Source: Mobula birostris (taxonomy: Eukaryota). Taken from it: DNA of 64,000 nt. The stretch is from contig NC_092376.1 of NCBI RefSeq assembly GCF_030028105.1, positions 105,584,230 to 105,648,229 on the forward strand, written 5' to 3'. Of this stretch, positions 49,839 to 63,340 are shown one piece after another. Under the pieces are notes generated by a model that did not search any database, was not told where the DNA came from, and saw only the letters and a list, made by a program, of their open reading frames with translations. Position numbers and translations under genes: made by a program. Position 1 is the first letter of the stretch; the number at the start of each line of letters is the position of its first letter.

Positions 49839-51719
49839 TAATCTTAAAGGCTCTGAGGTAAAAAATCAGCAATGATCTTACCAAGTGGTGAAGAGATATT
49901 AGGGACAAAGATTCTTCTCCTTCTCCTGCCTTTATTTCTTATATTTCATGGCTGTTGAATGGATCTGGAAATAATAGGCATTCAGACCATCAAGGAGGGT
50001 GGTACAAATGAGACAAATCTGATTCCAAAGGATGTGAGATCGGAATGGGAAAACATTTCCTCCTCATCTGAAAACCCCAGAAGAAGAAAAAAAACTACAA
50101 TAAAAAAGTCCAGAAAATTGACAGAACATTAACTAATGACACAAAAATACAGATAGGGGATAACCCTGGGAACCAGTGTTCTGTAAGTAATGTTGGTACT
50201 TCGCTTAAGTAGCAAGATTAATGAGGTGGAAAAAGGAAAGAGAAGGATTGGACAGCAGGAGAACAGTCCAAAGGCTTGCCTGATTATATTTATTATTTTT
50301 ATGCTGAATTAAGCTACTTTATATAACAATGGGACCTCCAGTGTTATAGTATAGCTGAGAGCATAACAAAGTCCACTTCTCTCCCCATAAAGTCCAGCAG
50401 CTCTGCATCTCTTTGCTTGGGTTTTCAATTTGTCTATTATCTCTTTGCCTGGTGACCACTGATAGCTCCTGCTCCAACAACAAATGGAATTTAAAATTCA
50501 CGTGTATGGTTTTAAATGCCATTCTGTCTTCACTTTCTTGAGTGTAATTTGGTCTTCAATGCAATGGCACAGGAACAGAAAAAGTGTTCGCAGAATTTTG
50601 GTGGAATCACGTTTGGTTTTGCTGTTTTGGGTTCCGTACCTTTAAACTGATGTACTTGCCTTGCTGTGAAAGCACAGTAAATGCATTATGTTTATTCCTT
50701 GGAAAAGGGATTGTCCAATGAAAAGAGGGATGATTATTCAACTCAATGGTGTTTAAAAGATATGAGCTGATCTTATTGAGAAGGATTGACAGAGAAAGTG
50801 CTGTGAGATTGTTTTCTCAGGTTAAAAAATCCAGAACATAGGTGCAGACTCGCAGAGCATTTAAAACTGAGATAATATATTTCTTTATTCATGAGTTGTA
50901 AATCTTTGGAATTTTTACATCAGTCTGTGAATTCTTAATTGTTGAGTGTATTCAAGGCTAAGACAAATTGGGCAGCTATTTCAAAAAGGCAGCACTGGCA
51001 TTGTGATCATAAAATTGGAATTTAGAAAGATATTTCTAAATTCCTCCTTTAGCTATTCTCTCAAAACTATTCTTAGGTCTCTGCAGGTGTTGTATAAGCA
51101 GAATATTAGTGTCACGTTGGTTCCTTATTTTAAATGATTTTTATGTATTGCAGTGCTTTACAGTGTAACAGGATAACGTTAATATGAGGTTGTGAGCCAC
51201 TGCCATCTTTACAGCAGGCTTGCAAGTTGAATGATTGTGTTCTCAAAGATGTGATTATTGACCAGAGTAAAAGTTCATGACTGAATTTCTTCGAAACTCA
51301 ACAAAGTCTCAAATACTTGAGGCACATTTTATTATCGGGTTGGCAAAGCTTTGGTAGAACGGGAAAATTAAGTACAGGACTGTGTTTTAATTTGAAGGGT
51401 TAAGGTGCGAAGTGGGGTGAATAATTAGTAATTGGTAATTGATTTATTATTACCACATATACTGAGAAACACTGAAAAAATTTGTTTTACATTTCATGTA
51501 TCATGGAAGTAGTATAAGAGGGGAAAAGCAGATTGCGGAATAGAATGTTACATTTGCAAAGAAAGCACAGAGCAGGTAAACAAGTAAATTGCAAGCGTCA
51601 TGGTGAGTCTATTGAGATATCATGAGGTCATCTTCATCATGCAAGAGGCCCATTCAAGAGTCCATAACAATGGGCCAAATTGCCTGTTCCTATGTTGTAC
51701 TGTTCTTTATCCAAATGTA

Positions 51720-52740
51720 GGCATCTACTTGAGGACGTAGCTATTATTATCCCCGTCTAAATGCCCAAGACAACTTCTTCTTCAATCAGTCTCTCACTGT
51801 GTTAAGTAGACATAGGCCAATCCCGGGTATTGAACAGGTTTCATTTTTACAGATGTAAGTAAATTGATTTGGTTCATAACTCAGAAAATACACGAAAGCC
51901 ACTGAATATGGCATTCATTCCTCCATAGTTTTGCAATGAATGCAGCAAAAGCACACCAGGCCCTTAAGAATGAACAATTATTAAAAGTGGAGGGACGGAG
52001 TAAACTTGTTCAGCCATTCCTGAGAAGGAAGCTGTGACTACACATCAAACTTCAGAATTTAATAATATTATTGGAGCTTGTCATCTGCAATGGTATCCAT
52101 AAATTGGTCATTTGTAATCCACAGACATCTTGTAGTTTCAAAAATTGAGTTGGAGGCAATGAAAAGTGTATTATCATATTTCCATGTCAGGATTTAGAAG
52201 GAGCTTGTGATGTTCCCACATGCCTGAAGCTCTTGTCTTCCAGGTGATGGATTTTGCTTGCTTTGTTGAATTTAGGTTAAGCATCTCAAAGCTGATACAC
52301 AATATATATTGCAACAATGAATCACTGGTTGGAGAGAATGAATGCGAGGAGTAATGGAGGTGTTGTCAAAGCAGATAACTTTTGCTATGGATAGAGTGAG
52401 CTTCTTGTCCATGGTTGGCATTGCCTTCTTTCAGATAACTGGAGATTTTTTCAACACATTCCTGGCTTGTGCCTTATTGAATTTGCAAAAGTCTTAGAGG
52501 TCAGAAGATGACTCCCCAAACTTTTACTTGCTCTTGATGCCACCGACTTACTGTTCAGTTAAATTTCTGGCAAATGCTATCTCTACTTGGGCACTATTGG
52601 ATGTCTCCTTTTGTTGTCGTTTGTGTGGGACAGATTAGTGCAAGCCTATTTATTGTCCAGTTCTTAGTGAGTGTGACCAATGACTGCTTTATTACAGAAG
52701 AGTCATAAGTGATTAACCAGAACTATCTCTGAAAAGGGAC
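51720..52740 (-). mobile_element. Old LINE relic, probably the same family as 24230-24680
   Basis: TGTGATGTTCCCACATGCCTG...CTTGTCTTCCAGGTG and GTGAGCTTCTTG motifs. Confidence 0.45.
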
Positions 52741-54663
52741 ATAAGTTCATAATATAAATTACTAATGACTTTATCATTGGTTGAATACCTAAGTTGGTGT
52801 GGTCCTTCATTGATTCTGTTATGGTTATTTTTCTATGGAGTTATCGAGTATGCCCACAAGACAATGAATTTCTAGGTTGTATATGGTGACATAGATGTAC
52901 GTTGATAATAAATTTCCTTTGAACTGAAATGGTTGGGCCTAGAACAATAGGAACACCTTCAATGACATTGAGATGCTGAAATGATTAAATTCAACAACCA
53001 CATTCATAATTCTTTCAGGTAGCAATAACTTGCTGTCAGACAGTTTTTCATGACTTGGAATTTCCTTTTGTCCTTGGTCATATGTTGTGTTGATATCATG
53101 GACATCCTGTCCTTCCAACTGTCCCATTTACTATGGACTAATCATCATAGACATTACATTTATATAGACCCATTAACCATGGAACTCATTATTAACAATG
53201 GAGACCAATTTAAACAGATGGGCAGAATATTACAGTGTGAAACAGAAGATGAAACATGATCTAAGCATATAATTGAAGATTAAAATCTAGTGATTTGATG
53301 AACAATAATTTCATCTCAACAAAGCTAATGTGCTTCTTGTGCATGAAGGATATAGCTCTTTTTCATGACTGTGGGAATAAGAATAAAGGAACTTACATTA
53401 ATATAGTGTCTATCTTATCAAAGCAATTCAAATTACTTTATGAGTAACAACTCACTTTGGAAGCTTGATAACTACATCAGTCCAGTTGCCGTTTTCATGA
53501 TATAATGACCTATTAGTTTTTACTTAATAGTCTAGTGGAGACGTGTTGGCCAAATACCAAAAGAGATTTTGTGTATTGAGATGAGCCAACAAGGATGCTT
53601 AATGATTTGGTATGACAACTGCTTTGAATGTGACTGCGAGAAACTGCAGGAGTTGTGGGTATAGCTCAGCATACATGGAAACAGACTCCTTTGTCCTCGC
53701 ACTGCACTTTCTCTGCAGCTAGTACACTTTATTCTGCATTCTGTTATTGTTTTATTTTGTTCTACTTCAACGCATTGAGTAATGATTTGATTTGTATTGA
53801 CAACATCCAAGATAAGCTTCTCACTATATCTCAGTACATGTGGCAATAAAAAAACAAATTTAATTCAATTGAGTTCCAATGGAAAATCCTATCTGAAAAT
53901 CAGGATCTCCAACTGTAAAGCACTCACTTACTAGCGGCAGCCTAGATTGTAAAATTATAGCTACAATCTCCTTACTTAGAAATCAAAATGTGACAATTTA
54001 ATATCACACCAATATTTGATGAAATTCCAATACTTCTTAGGGAATATATGCGGCATTCACTCTGAAACAGAATAAAACTCTAATAAGCCATATCTGACCA
54101 TTTGAAAGTTTCAATAGTTCAGCATTTGATTCATATAATAAGTAATGATACCCCATGCTCCCAAAACTCACTGCAGCTCTTTTGTCAGTACACCCTTGAA
54201 ACTGACTGGGTTGACTGGAAATTTTGTAATAGTACTGCGTAATATACAAAAAGAAGTGAATATATTAGGAAATCATGTCCAATAGTCCAAAATGTCTGCT
54301 ATTTCAGTCCCATCAATGCCCCATTATTGGAATTTTACTGTACTCACTTTGCAAACATTGAAAATGACAAAAGATATGAGAAGGAAAAGAATGAGCCACC
54401 ATTATCCTGAATGGATTGACGGTGCATTGAATTTCCTCCAAAAGGTCAAAAGAGATTCATTAGGCTAATTCCTGGATAAAATTGTTGTCCTATCATGACA
54501 ACCTGGAAATGAAGGATCTGCATTGTTTAAGGATGGAAGAAAGATGGGTGACCTTGTTAAAACATACTTATACGATCCTAAAGGGAAATGGCATTGTAAC
54601 TATCTGACTGCAAAACAGCTTGGTAAGGAAACTGCTCTGCTCATCACTGCAATAAACTGCAGA

Positions 54664-55450
54664 ATCATAGTCATAGTCATAGTCATACTTTATTGATCCC
54701 CGGGGAAATTGGTTTTCGTTACAGTTGCACCATAAATAATTAAATAGTAGTATGTAAATTATGCCAGGAAATAAGTCCAGGACCAGCCTATTGGCTCAGG
54801 GTGTCTGACCCTCCAAGGGAGGAGCTGTAAAGTTTGATGGCCACAGGCAGGAATGACTTCCTATGGCGCTCTGTGTTGCATCTCGGTGGAATGAGTCTCT
54901 GGCTGAATGTACTCCTGTGCCCAACCAGTACATTATGTAGTGGATGGGAGACATTGTCCAAGATGGCATGCAACTTGGACAGCATCCTCTTTTCAGACAC
55001 CACCATCAGAGAGTCCAGTTCCATCCCCACAACATCACTCACCTTACGAATGAGCTTGTTGATTCTGTTGGTGCCTGCTGCCCCAGCACACAACAGCAAA
55101 CATGATCACATTGGCCACCACAGACTCGTAGAACATCCTCAGCATCATCGACAGATGTTAAAGGACCTCAGTCTCCTCAGGAAATAGAAAGGGCTCTGAC
55201 CCTTCTTGTAGACAGACTCAGTGTTCTTTGACCATTCCAGTTTATTGTCAATTCGTATCCCCAGGTATTTGTAATCCTCCACCATGTCCACACTGACCTC
55301 CTGGATGGAAGCAGGGGTCACCGGTGCCTTAGCTCTCCTCAGGTCTACCACCAGCTCCTTAGTCTTTTTCACATTAAGCTGCAGATAATTCTGCTCACAC
55401 CATGTGACAAGGTTTCCTACCATAGCCCTGTACTCAGCCTCATCTCGCTT
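54664..55450 (-). mobile_element. Young Rex1/Babar LINE, 5'-truncated
   Basis: LQLNVKKTKELVVDLRR, YKYLGIRIDNKL, FYFLRRLRSFNIC; (GACTAT)n tail at 54664-54687. Confidence 0.9.
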
Positions 55451-55759
55451 GTCATAGTGGTTTGAGGGGCCTAGTGGTCTACTTCTGCTCCTATTTCCGT
55501 TTATATTCTTGTGTGTCTGTGTTTGCTGACAGGCTATCGGCATCTCCATCAGCCTGTTGTTTAGCTATCCAAGTCATCTGATCCTGTCATCAACTTTCAT
55601 TGTCTCTTTTCCAGTTCATTTGTTGCTGAATCATCCTGGGATGATTTTCCAATCCCTAAATCCACAGTCAAACAACATTGATCCCTATGGGAATAACTAA
55701 GACAGCACAGATCAGAAACTATAGCTAGCTGAACATAAACATTTGTATGAGATGCGTTG

Positions 55760-56032
55760 AAACCGTACAATGATACAGCATGAGAACAGACCCTTCAGCC
55801 CACTGAGTCCATGCTGACAATCAAGCACGCATTTACACTAATTCTGCACTGACCTCATTTTATTCTCCCTGTATTCCCATCAGATCCTGTTAAGTTCTTC
55901 TGCTGTCCTCTGACCAATTTACAGTAGCCAAATAAATTGCCAATCTTCAAGTCTTTGACTTGTAGGAGGAAACTGGAGCAACCAGGGAAAGCCATGCCAT
56001 CTCAGGGAGAAGGTGCAAATTCCACACAGACT
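55760..56032 (-). mobile_element. V-SINE/HE1-like SINE fragment
   Basis: TGTAGGAGGAAACTGGAGCAACCAGGGAAAGCC...GTGCAAATTCCACACAGAC. Confidence 0.7.
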
Positions 56033-57400
56033 AGGTGACCAAGATACATATTAAAAGAGCTAGGTAGGCATTGCCACATTACAGGAGTGGTGAAAAGAGA
56101 CAGACATGTTTTTGAGGTGATTTAATAACCTAGAAATGAAACAGCTGAAGACAGATCAAGGACCGTAAGCTCTCAGGAAGCCTGTTTTGAGTTCTTGTCA
56201 CTTCTACAAATGGATCTTTGTAAATTCATCAGAAGTAATTCGAGATGAATAATAGTCAAAAATGGTAACACTAGATAAATCACAGTCAAGTTCAAAGTGG
56301 TTCATCCTTCAAAAGGAAGCAAAAGCAATTGGATCCACCCTCATTTTTACATTATGTCTATCTGCCAAGCAGGGGACTAGGCCTATCTTTAAATTGAATT
56401 CCATTTTCCTTTGCCACATACAGCCCCTTTCCACTCACTACAGCAATTAATGAGGCAGAGACAAAGTGTCAGCACAAATTATTTTTACAGCTAAAAAATT
56501 GGAAGCATCATTGAAATCAGAGACATCCCCACCCACCCAGCTGATTATTCAGAGAGAATAGTGTAGTTGGTTGTGAGGGGGAGAGGACAGATCAGATATT
56601 GATGGAAAAGCTATTTAAAACTAAAAGAATCACAGTTAACTAAATGGTGCCCACTATTGTGGCACTGCCCTCGACTTCTTCAGGTGAACCAGTTTTCAGA
56701 GTTGAACAATGTTCTCAAAGATTACAAATGAAGCACTTTTGGGTTTACATTGCTTGTTCCTCTGGCAGTACAGGAATGATACTCTGCTGGTTATGTAAGG
56801 TACATTCTAAGGAAGGTAATTTTGAGTACTGGTTACTTCTACTAATAGATCTTTGCAAATTTATCTGAAGTAGTTAGAGATGAATTATGGACAAAAGCTG
56901 CCAAACTGAAGTAAATCAGAGACAATCTGATTTGAATGAGAAAATGTTTTGTCTTTCAAAATAAAGGCCGTTAGTATTGATATGTCCAAATAAAGATTAA
57001 GTGACATGCAAGTAATGAAATCTGAAGATGCTGCAAGTAATCAATTTGGAACACAAGTATTAGCAGTGTGCTTGGTGGCAATTGATGACTTTCGATCTGT
57101 GATGCCCAAGTGCTCCAATATTGTGGTTTATCACAATGTACTGGTTTTTTTTAAAGACTAATGGAGAGTGATTACATTTAAGGAATGTTTGATCACTCTT
57201 TAGCATAAGCCTAACTTCCACTTGATAGGTGACATATCAGACAGGTTGCCTTTCATTATTTAGCGGTTATCAAGTTGGTTATTTTTCTCATTTAACTTCA
57301 TTCATAACAGGATATTCATATTTGTTACTCCTCTCAACATAATGATAAATACTTAGCTCTACCTATAAAGGCTGTAAGAACAAGTTACAGTTTGTCTACA

Positions 57401-57710
57401 AAGGCATCCGTTAGTCTTGCGAGACCATGGATCTGCGCCTGGAAAGCCTTCACTTTCCAGGGCGCAGGCCTGGGTAAGGTTGTATGGAAGACCAGCAGTT
57501 GCCCATGCTGCAAGTCTCCCCTCACCACGACACCAATGTTGTCCAAGGGAAGGGCATTAGGACCCATACAGCTTGGCACCAGTGTCGTCGCAGAGCAATG
57601 TGCGATTAAGTGCCTTGCTCAAGGACACAACATGTTCCCTCGGCTGGGGCTCCAACTCACAACCTTCAGGTAGCTAGTCCAATGCCTTAACCACTTGGCC
57701 ACGTGCCCAC
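57401..57710 (-). mobile_element. Full-length 310-bp tRNA-derived SINE with a 14-bp TSD
   Basis: A-box TGGCCAAGTGG, B-box-like AGTTGGAGCCC, central GTGTCCTTGAGCAAGGCACTTAA; TSD ACAGTTTGTCTACA (57387-57400) / ACAGCTTGTCTACA (57711-57724). Confidence 0.9.
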
Positions 57711-57850
57711 ACAGCTTGTCTACATAACCCAGAATATTAGCAGAAATGATGGGATTTTGGTACCAAAATGGTAATGCAAGAAACTAAGAATTTTATCTTT
57801 GAGCTCAACAGATCTATGAAGTGGTCTTCAAAATACTAAAAGGCAAAGAG

Positions 57851-58400
57851 ATTCCACGTCCCATTCCCATTCTGACATGTCCATCCACGGCCTCCTCTAC
57901 TGTAAAGATGAAGCCACACTCAGGTTGGAGGAACAACATCTTATATTCCGTCTGGGTAGCCTCCAACCTGATGGCATGAACATCGACTTCTCTAACTTCC
58001 GCTAGTGCCACATCTCCCCCTAGTACCCCATCCGTTATTTATTATTATACATACATTCTTTCTCTCACTCTCCTTTTTCTCCCTCTGTCCCTCTGACTAT
58101 ACCCCTTGCCCATCCTCTGTTCCTCCCCCTCTGTCTTTCTCCCCGGATCTCCTGTCCCATGATCCTCTCATATCCCCTTTGCCAATCACCTGTCCAACTC
58201 TTGCCTCCATCCCTCCCCCTCCTGTCTTCTCCTATCATTTTGGATCTCCCCTTCCCCCTCTCACTTTCAAATCTCTTACTAACTCTTCCTTCAATTAGTC
58301 CTGACGAAGGGTCTCGGCCTGAAACGGTGACTGAAACTCTTCCAATAGATGCTGCCTGGCCTGCTGCGTTTACCAGCAACTTTGATGTGTGTTGCTTGAA
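57851..58400 (+). mobile_element. PLE GIY-YIG end + pLTR; hammerhead 58297-58332 has a mutated cleavage triplet
   Basis: Similar to 3720-4273; imperfect flanking duplication AAGGCAAAGAGAT / AAGGCAAAAAGAGAT. Confidence 0.9.
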
Positions 58401-59169
58401 GGCAAAAAGAGATGTCTTGTCAAATTGCTAGTAAAGCAAATTAATAGATTTTTGTTAACTAAGGATTTAGGAATAGTGGGTATGTAAAATCAGGTAACGC
58501 ATTAGCAACAACCTCATTGAAGGTGGAACAAGCTTATACCTGACTCCTGTCCATGTTCTGTGGAATATACTGTACATTATCAATATTGACGTGTACTCTT
58601 ACTGAGGAAATTACCACCTATCAATCTACTGTCCTGGATTATCACTTTGCAAGTTGTTGCCTGCCAATTAATCATGACTTCACCACTGTGGCTCATTAAC
58701 TAAGATCAAAATTTTGCTTTTTCAATGCATTTTCAAGTCATGTCCTGACTTCTGTCTCAGCTTCCCTGTTACTTCCCATTGAATTACTCCAATTGAATCT
58801 CCAGGACAAATGCAGTTTTGGAAGATCAATTGTTGTCCTGCTGTCAGTCTGTGCTGTCATACACTGAGTCTTTTGTTTCTGCTTAATAGCTATTCAGTTT
58901 ATCTAATGAATTATTATAGGTACTTACTAAATTGTGAAACTAAATGCAGATGGTGTCCCCATCTGAGTGTACAAAGCCACAGAAATATGAGAAGAGTATT
59001 TTGTTCCCTAACAACTTCAATTCCATTCAATGGAGATATCGCTCAGTTGCTGGTATGAACGATGATCTGGGCATGGTGTAGAACCCAAGTAATTGATCAT
59101 GCTCAGCATTTCTTTATCAGCACCTCCAATTCCATATCTTTGTCAGCTAGAGAAATAAAAGATGTTGGT

Positions 59170-61781
59170 GTGTGGAGCACAGCTACTTCCAAGTGATGCA
59201 CCAATTTTTAGTGGAACACCCTTCTGGGGTTTGAAAATGGATACTAGTGGTTGATGATCAGTAATGATGGTAAAATCTCCCTCATACAAATGCTAGTTGA
59301 ATCAATTTATATTCAAACAAGACTCAAGGCCTCTCTGTCAATCTGTGCCTGCAGCGGTAAGAGACTGTTATACAAAGGCACATCACTCATAATAAGTGAC
59401 ATGACTGCATCTATACCATAAGGTAGACAATGTGGATCATAATGTGTAAGTACAGCCTCTGACATCACCATTTTTTTGCCTTTTGGAAAGCCACATCACA
59501 CTGTTTTGTCAATTGCCATTTTTTCACTATCTACAGTGAAGGGTTCAAGGGGTGGAGCACAGTAGCCTGTTTTGGCAGGAACATATTACAATAATTGACA
59601 AATCCTGAAAAGCACCTCAACTGTGACACGTCCTTTGGTCTTAGGGCACCTAGCACTGCTTAACTTTTCTCACCATACTTGAGTAATACTGGTGTATCAA
59701 TTCCGTGATCACAGTAAGTGATGCTTTGCATAAAGAATTCACACTTGTTACATCGAGTTCTGAGCCCATAATCTTCTAATATTTTTTAAACTCTCTTGAG
59801 ATTTTGGAGATATTTCATGTCATCCTCACCAGTAACAATGATGTCTTCCATGTAACACTAAGTGCTTGGAGAGCCATGCAGCACCTACTCTATAGCTTTC
59901 CACTTGTGACAAAGCCCCTTGTTAGTGTTTATGGTGAGAAACACTTCAGACTCTTCTTCCATACCCATCGGTAGGTGGGCCTTAACTAATTCAACTTCAC
60001 TGAAGTGTCTCCCTCGATAAAAGTTTGTGAAGATATCCTCTAACCTGGGCAGAGGGTATTAATCTCCTTTCAGTACTGGGTTGATAGTGACCTTAAAATC
60101 ACCACAGATCCTAATATACCCATTCTTCTTGGTTACTGAGAACACTGGATTTGCCCTTGTGCTCCACTCAACTTCAGAAAGAATTGCTTTGGCCTCCATG
60201 CAATCTAGCACAGAGGCTTCTTTATCATGGATAGTGTAAGGAACTGGAAAGGCTTTATTAAACCCGGATATGGTGTTTTTATTTAACACTATTTTACACG
60301 TGAGATTGTACTATCGTATGTTTGAATTTTCCAATGTCATCCTTGAACACTGCTGAGGAATCAGCCAGTACCCTTCTTAATTACTTTCAGTTGACTCTTT
60401 TGCAGGGAATGTGGCATGAAAATGGTGGAATCCAATGAAATTGTAGTTGTCTCAGCCAGTCATGTCCCCACAATGCTGGTCCTCTGGTTTTTACCACATT
60501 TATGCCCAATGTGGCTTGTTGGTTGTTGTATTTCACTGTTACAATCATCATTCTCAGTGTAAATTCTCAGTTGGATATCTATAGGCTTCAATGCAGCATC
60601 TTTGAAATGCCAATCAAACTCATTTTATGGAATGACTGAAACAGCTGAACCAGTGTCAAATTCCATTTTAATTATTTTGCTGTTCACTTCAGGTGTAAGC
60701 CATTTTGCTTCCCTCTGGTTCATTTTCACATTTCAGAACTCAAGGCTACCCAATCCTGTGTCACTCTAATCATTGTCAGATTTTTCATCTGCATGCAGAT
60801 TAGTGCTATTTTTGAGATTGCAACTTGACTTTGTCTATTTTTCTCGTCCCTGTGCAGTCCATTTATTGTTGTCTGCCCAACGCTTTCTTTGTATGTGTCC
60901 CGCTTTGCTGCATTTTCTGCAAGTGTCGCATTTTAATCTGCTTTGGCCTGCCACAACAGTAACACATTTTGATTGGCCGAGCATTTTTCTGTTTAGATGT
61001 TACAATTTTGGTCATGCTCACTTTCAAACTCATTTGTATTTGTTTTTCTGTTTCCATTGATACAGGTATTTCTATTGTTCTTTTAAATGTGAGTTGTGCT
61101 GTACAGTAAGAAGCCATTTTTGAATGCCTGCCTATAAGATTCCACAAAGTAAACGATCTCTCAATGCATCTTTAAGTCCATCATTGAACTGACCATGCTG
61201 AGTCACTTTCCTCAATTCAGCCACATGTGTAGAAATGGACTCTCCTTCCTTTTGATTCCACTTATGAAACCTAAAGTATTCTGCAATGAGCAATGGTTTC
61301 TGATCTAAATGTTCCTGCAATACTTTCATGATATCAGCAGAACTCATTTCAGTTGGTTTGGTTGGAGCAGTCAAACTGCACACCTTTAAACCCAATGCAC
61401 TCAGCAAACCTGGCAGTCACCCCTCATTGGCCATTCCATTTCCTTCAAAATACAGTTCAATTTGCATTACCTAGGTACATTACTAGGTACATTACCTAGT
61501 CTTGTACAATCAAATGTGTCTTTCTTTTCAATGTAGCCAGCCATTTCTCCTTTCTTATGTTAACTCCAAAACATAAAACTAATTGAAAGCAAAAACAGAA
61601 AGTCAGGAATATATGTCTCAGTGTGCATTTTCTACTTTAGCAAGACGTGTACATCTGACATGGTGGCATAATGATGTATGCCTTTTACATACATATAACT
61701 CACAATGCATTATGTAAACAACAAAGAATGCTTAATCAAACAATATATTTATAATATTACTGAAATACTAAATGCACAACA
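59170..61781 (-). mobile_element. Ty3/Gypsy LTR retrotransposon relic: 5' LTR, gag, Zn knuckle, protease, RT, RNase H; no integrase or 3' LTR seen
   Basis: FRFHKWNQKEGESI, LRDRLLCGI, DTGSAVSVIP, IRICGDFKVTINP, YMEDIIV (decayed YxDD), ITDHQPL; LTR begins TGTTGTGCA at 61781. Confidence 0.88.
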
Positions 61782-62149
61782 AATATATGCTGGACCCAGG
61801 ACGATCCTCTGAAATGATATCACCAAGGAATTGAAAATTAGCAAATGCTAGTCAACCATTCAAGTATGGTCAAATAGTCTTTCATTGTTACAATTTCACC
61901 ACCCTACTTTGCTACTACCACAGTGAGCAGCATATCAACAGCAGGGACTTCTGACCAGAGATGTACCAAACCTTTCTTTTTGTTTCAAGAGTAAACTGTG
62001 CATGTAAAATATATAAGGGAAGTACAAAACAAATATTAAATGTCTTTTTACTTTACATTTTTAGGGTTGACCATTCTGTATATCTACAGTCTTATCAAAT
62101 CAATATGTTCAGAGTGCCATTAGTTAATATGCAATATATGACTTAGGAA

Positions 62150-62975
62150 GCACCAGTGCCACTTATGTGGCCTTTTAGAACAATATGCCCTTCAGGTGTT
62201 TGTGGTACTGTGATGCAGGACCCAACCAGTACCCACTGCCAGCAGAACCTTAGATTGTATTTTCTAGTATCAAGGTTATAAAGCCATCTAATATAAAAAT
62301 TCTGCAGATACAAAGCCTATGTGCATCCTCAGCAAGTACTATTGCAGCCTGGAATGAGCCAGACAGCAGCATTCACTTGCAGACATCTTATTGCACAGGA
62401 GGACTGACAAGTTTTGGACGGATCAAATAGCATCATCCACTTTCCTGTAGATTTTCCAGTAGTCCTTGATATTTGTGTTAGTATCCATTCCTGGAAATAG
62501 CCTGCAGAGTCCTGTGTTAGGCAGCTGCTCAGGATGAACCTTGGCAAGGACACATCCTTTTACAGACTTCTGTACAAATCCGCTAACAACGGAGAGGTGG
62601 ATGATTGGCTTATCCTCATCACAGTCATCTTAATAGAACAGTGCTGGAGGTGAGACTGACTGTGCATGAAGGATCTGATGAGAAGGGCCATTCTCACTGC
62701 TAGCCAACTAAATTATGCTGCCTATTGGTGAGTTCTAGGAATGAACCACTCTGCCAAATAGCTTTGACAAATTCTTCTGGGAACAATCACACAGAGTTCC
62801 GTCATGTTCTTCTCCTGCAGGGTTTGCATACTGACCACTGCCTGGTAGACATGTGGTCTCTGCAGAGACTTTTTCACTCGGTAGTGTGGAAAATTCTGAC
62901 TGAATATAGCACTGGATGGCAACAAGGTCAGAGGCATCCTTCACAAAACTGGGAACAGCCTCTAACTGGTGTTGT
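62150..62975 (-). mobile_element. Tx1/L1-clade LINE C-terminal relic
   Basis: IWQSxSFLELTNRQH..AVRMALxIRSFMH and PRFILSSCLTQDS resemble the Tx1-type zf-RVT region. Confidence 0.6.
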
Positions 62976-63340
62976 TCTATGTGGATGATCTGTCAGTTTT
63001 TTGTGTGAGAGAGACGGGCTGGGGGTTTTATGCTATTGTTTCCTTTCTTTTCTGCAAGGAAGGGGGTTGGGGATGAATATTATTGTCACTTTTTTCTGCG
63101 AGGGACAGCATTGAGGATTTGATGTTATTGTCACTGTTGTTTTCTGTGAGGGAGAGGATAGTAGGTTTTGGGGTTAGAGAGTTTTGTTTCTTTTTCTTTT
63201 TCGTGCTGGGAAGGAGCCAATACTTTTTTTTTACAAAACTTTTTTTGTTTTCTCTGTATTTCATGGCTATCTGGAGAAAATGAATATCAGAGTTGTACTG
63301 TACATGCATACTTTGACGATAAAAAGAACCTTTAAACCTC
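62975..63340 (+). mobile_element. Non-autonomous retroelement 3' portion (same family as 36595-37340)
   Basis: GGCTATCTGGAGAAAATGAATATCAGAGTTGTACTGTACATGCATACTTTGACGATAAA tail. Confidence 0.7.

Noticed and set aside
51050-51200. Possible plus-strand DOCK exon after CTCTGCAG
   Set aside because: Translation shows no DOCK similarity I recognise and hits stops
57630-57710. tRNA-like sequence on the minus strand
   Set aside because: It is the head of a SINE bounded by TSDs, not a tRNA gene
61465-61500. Short tandem repeat CATTAC(C)TAGGTA x ~3
   Set aside because: Local slippage inside the Gypsy relic; no spacers, so not CRISPR-like
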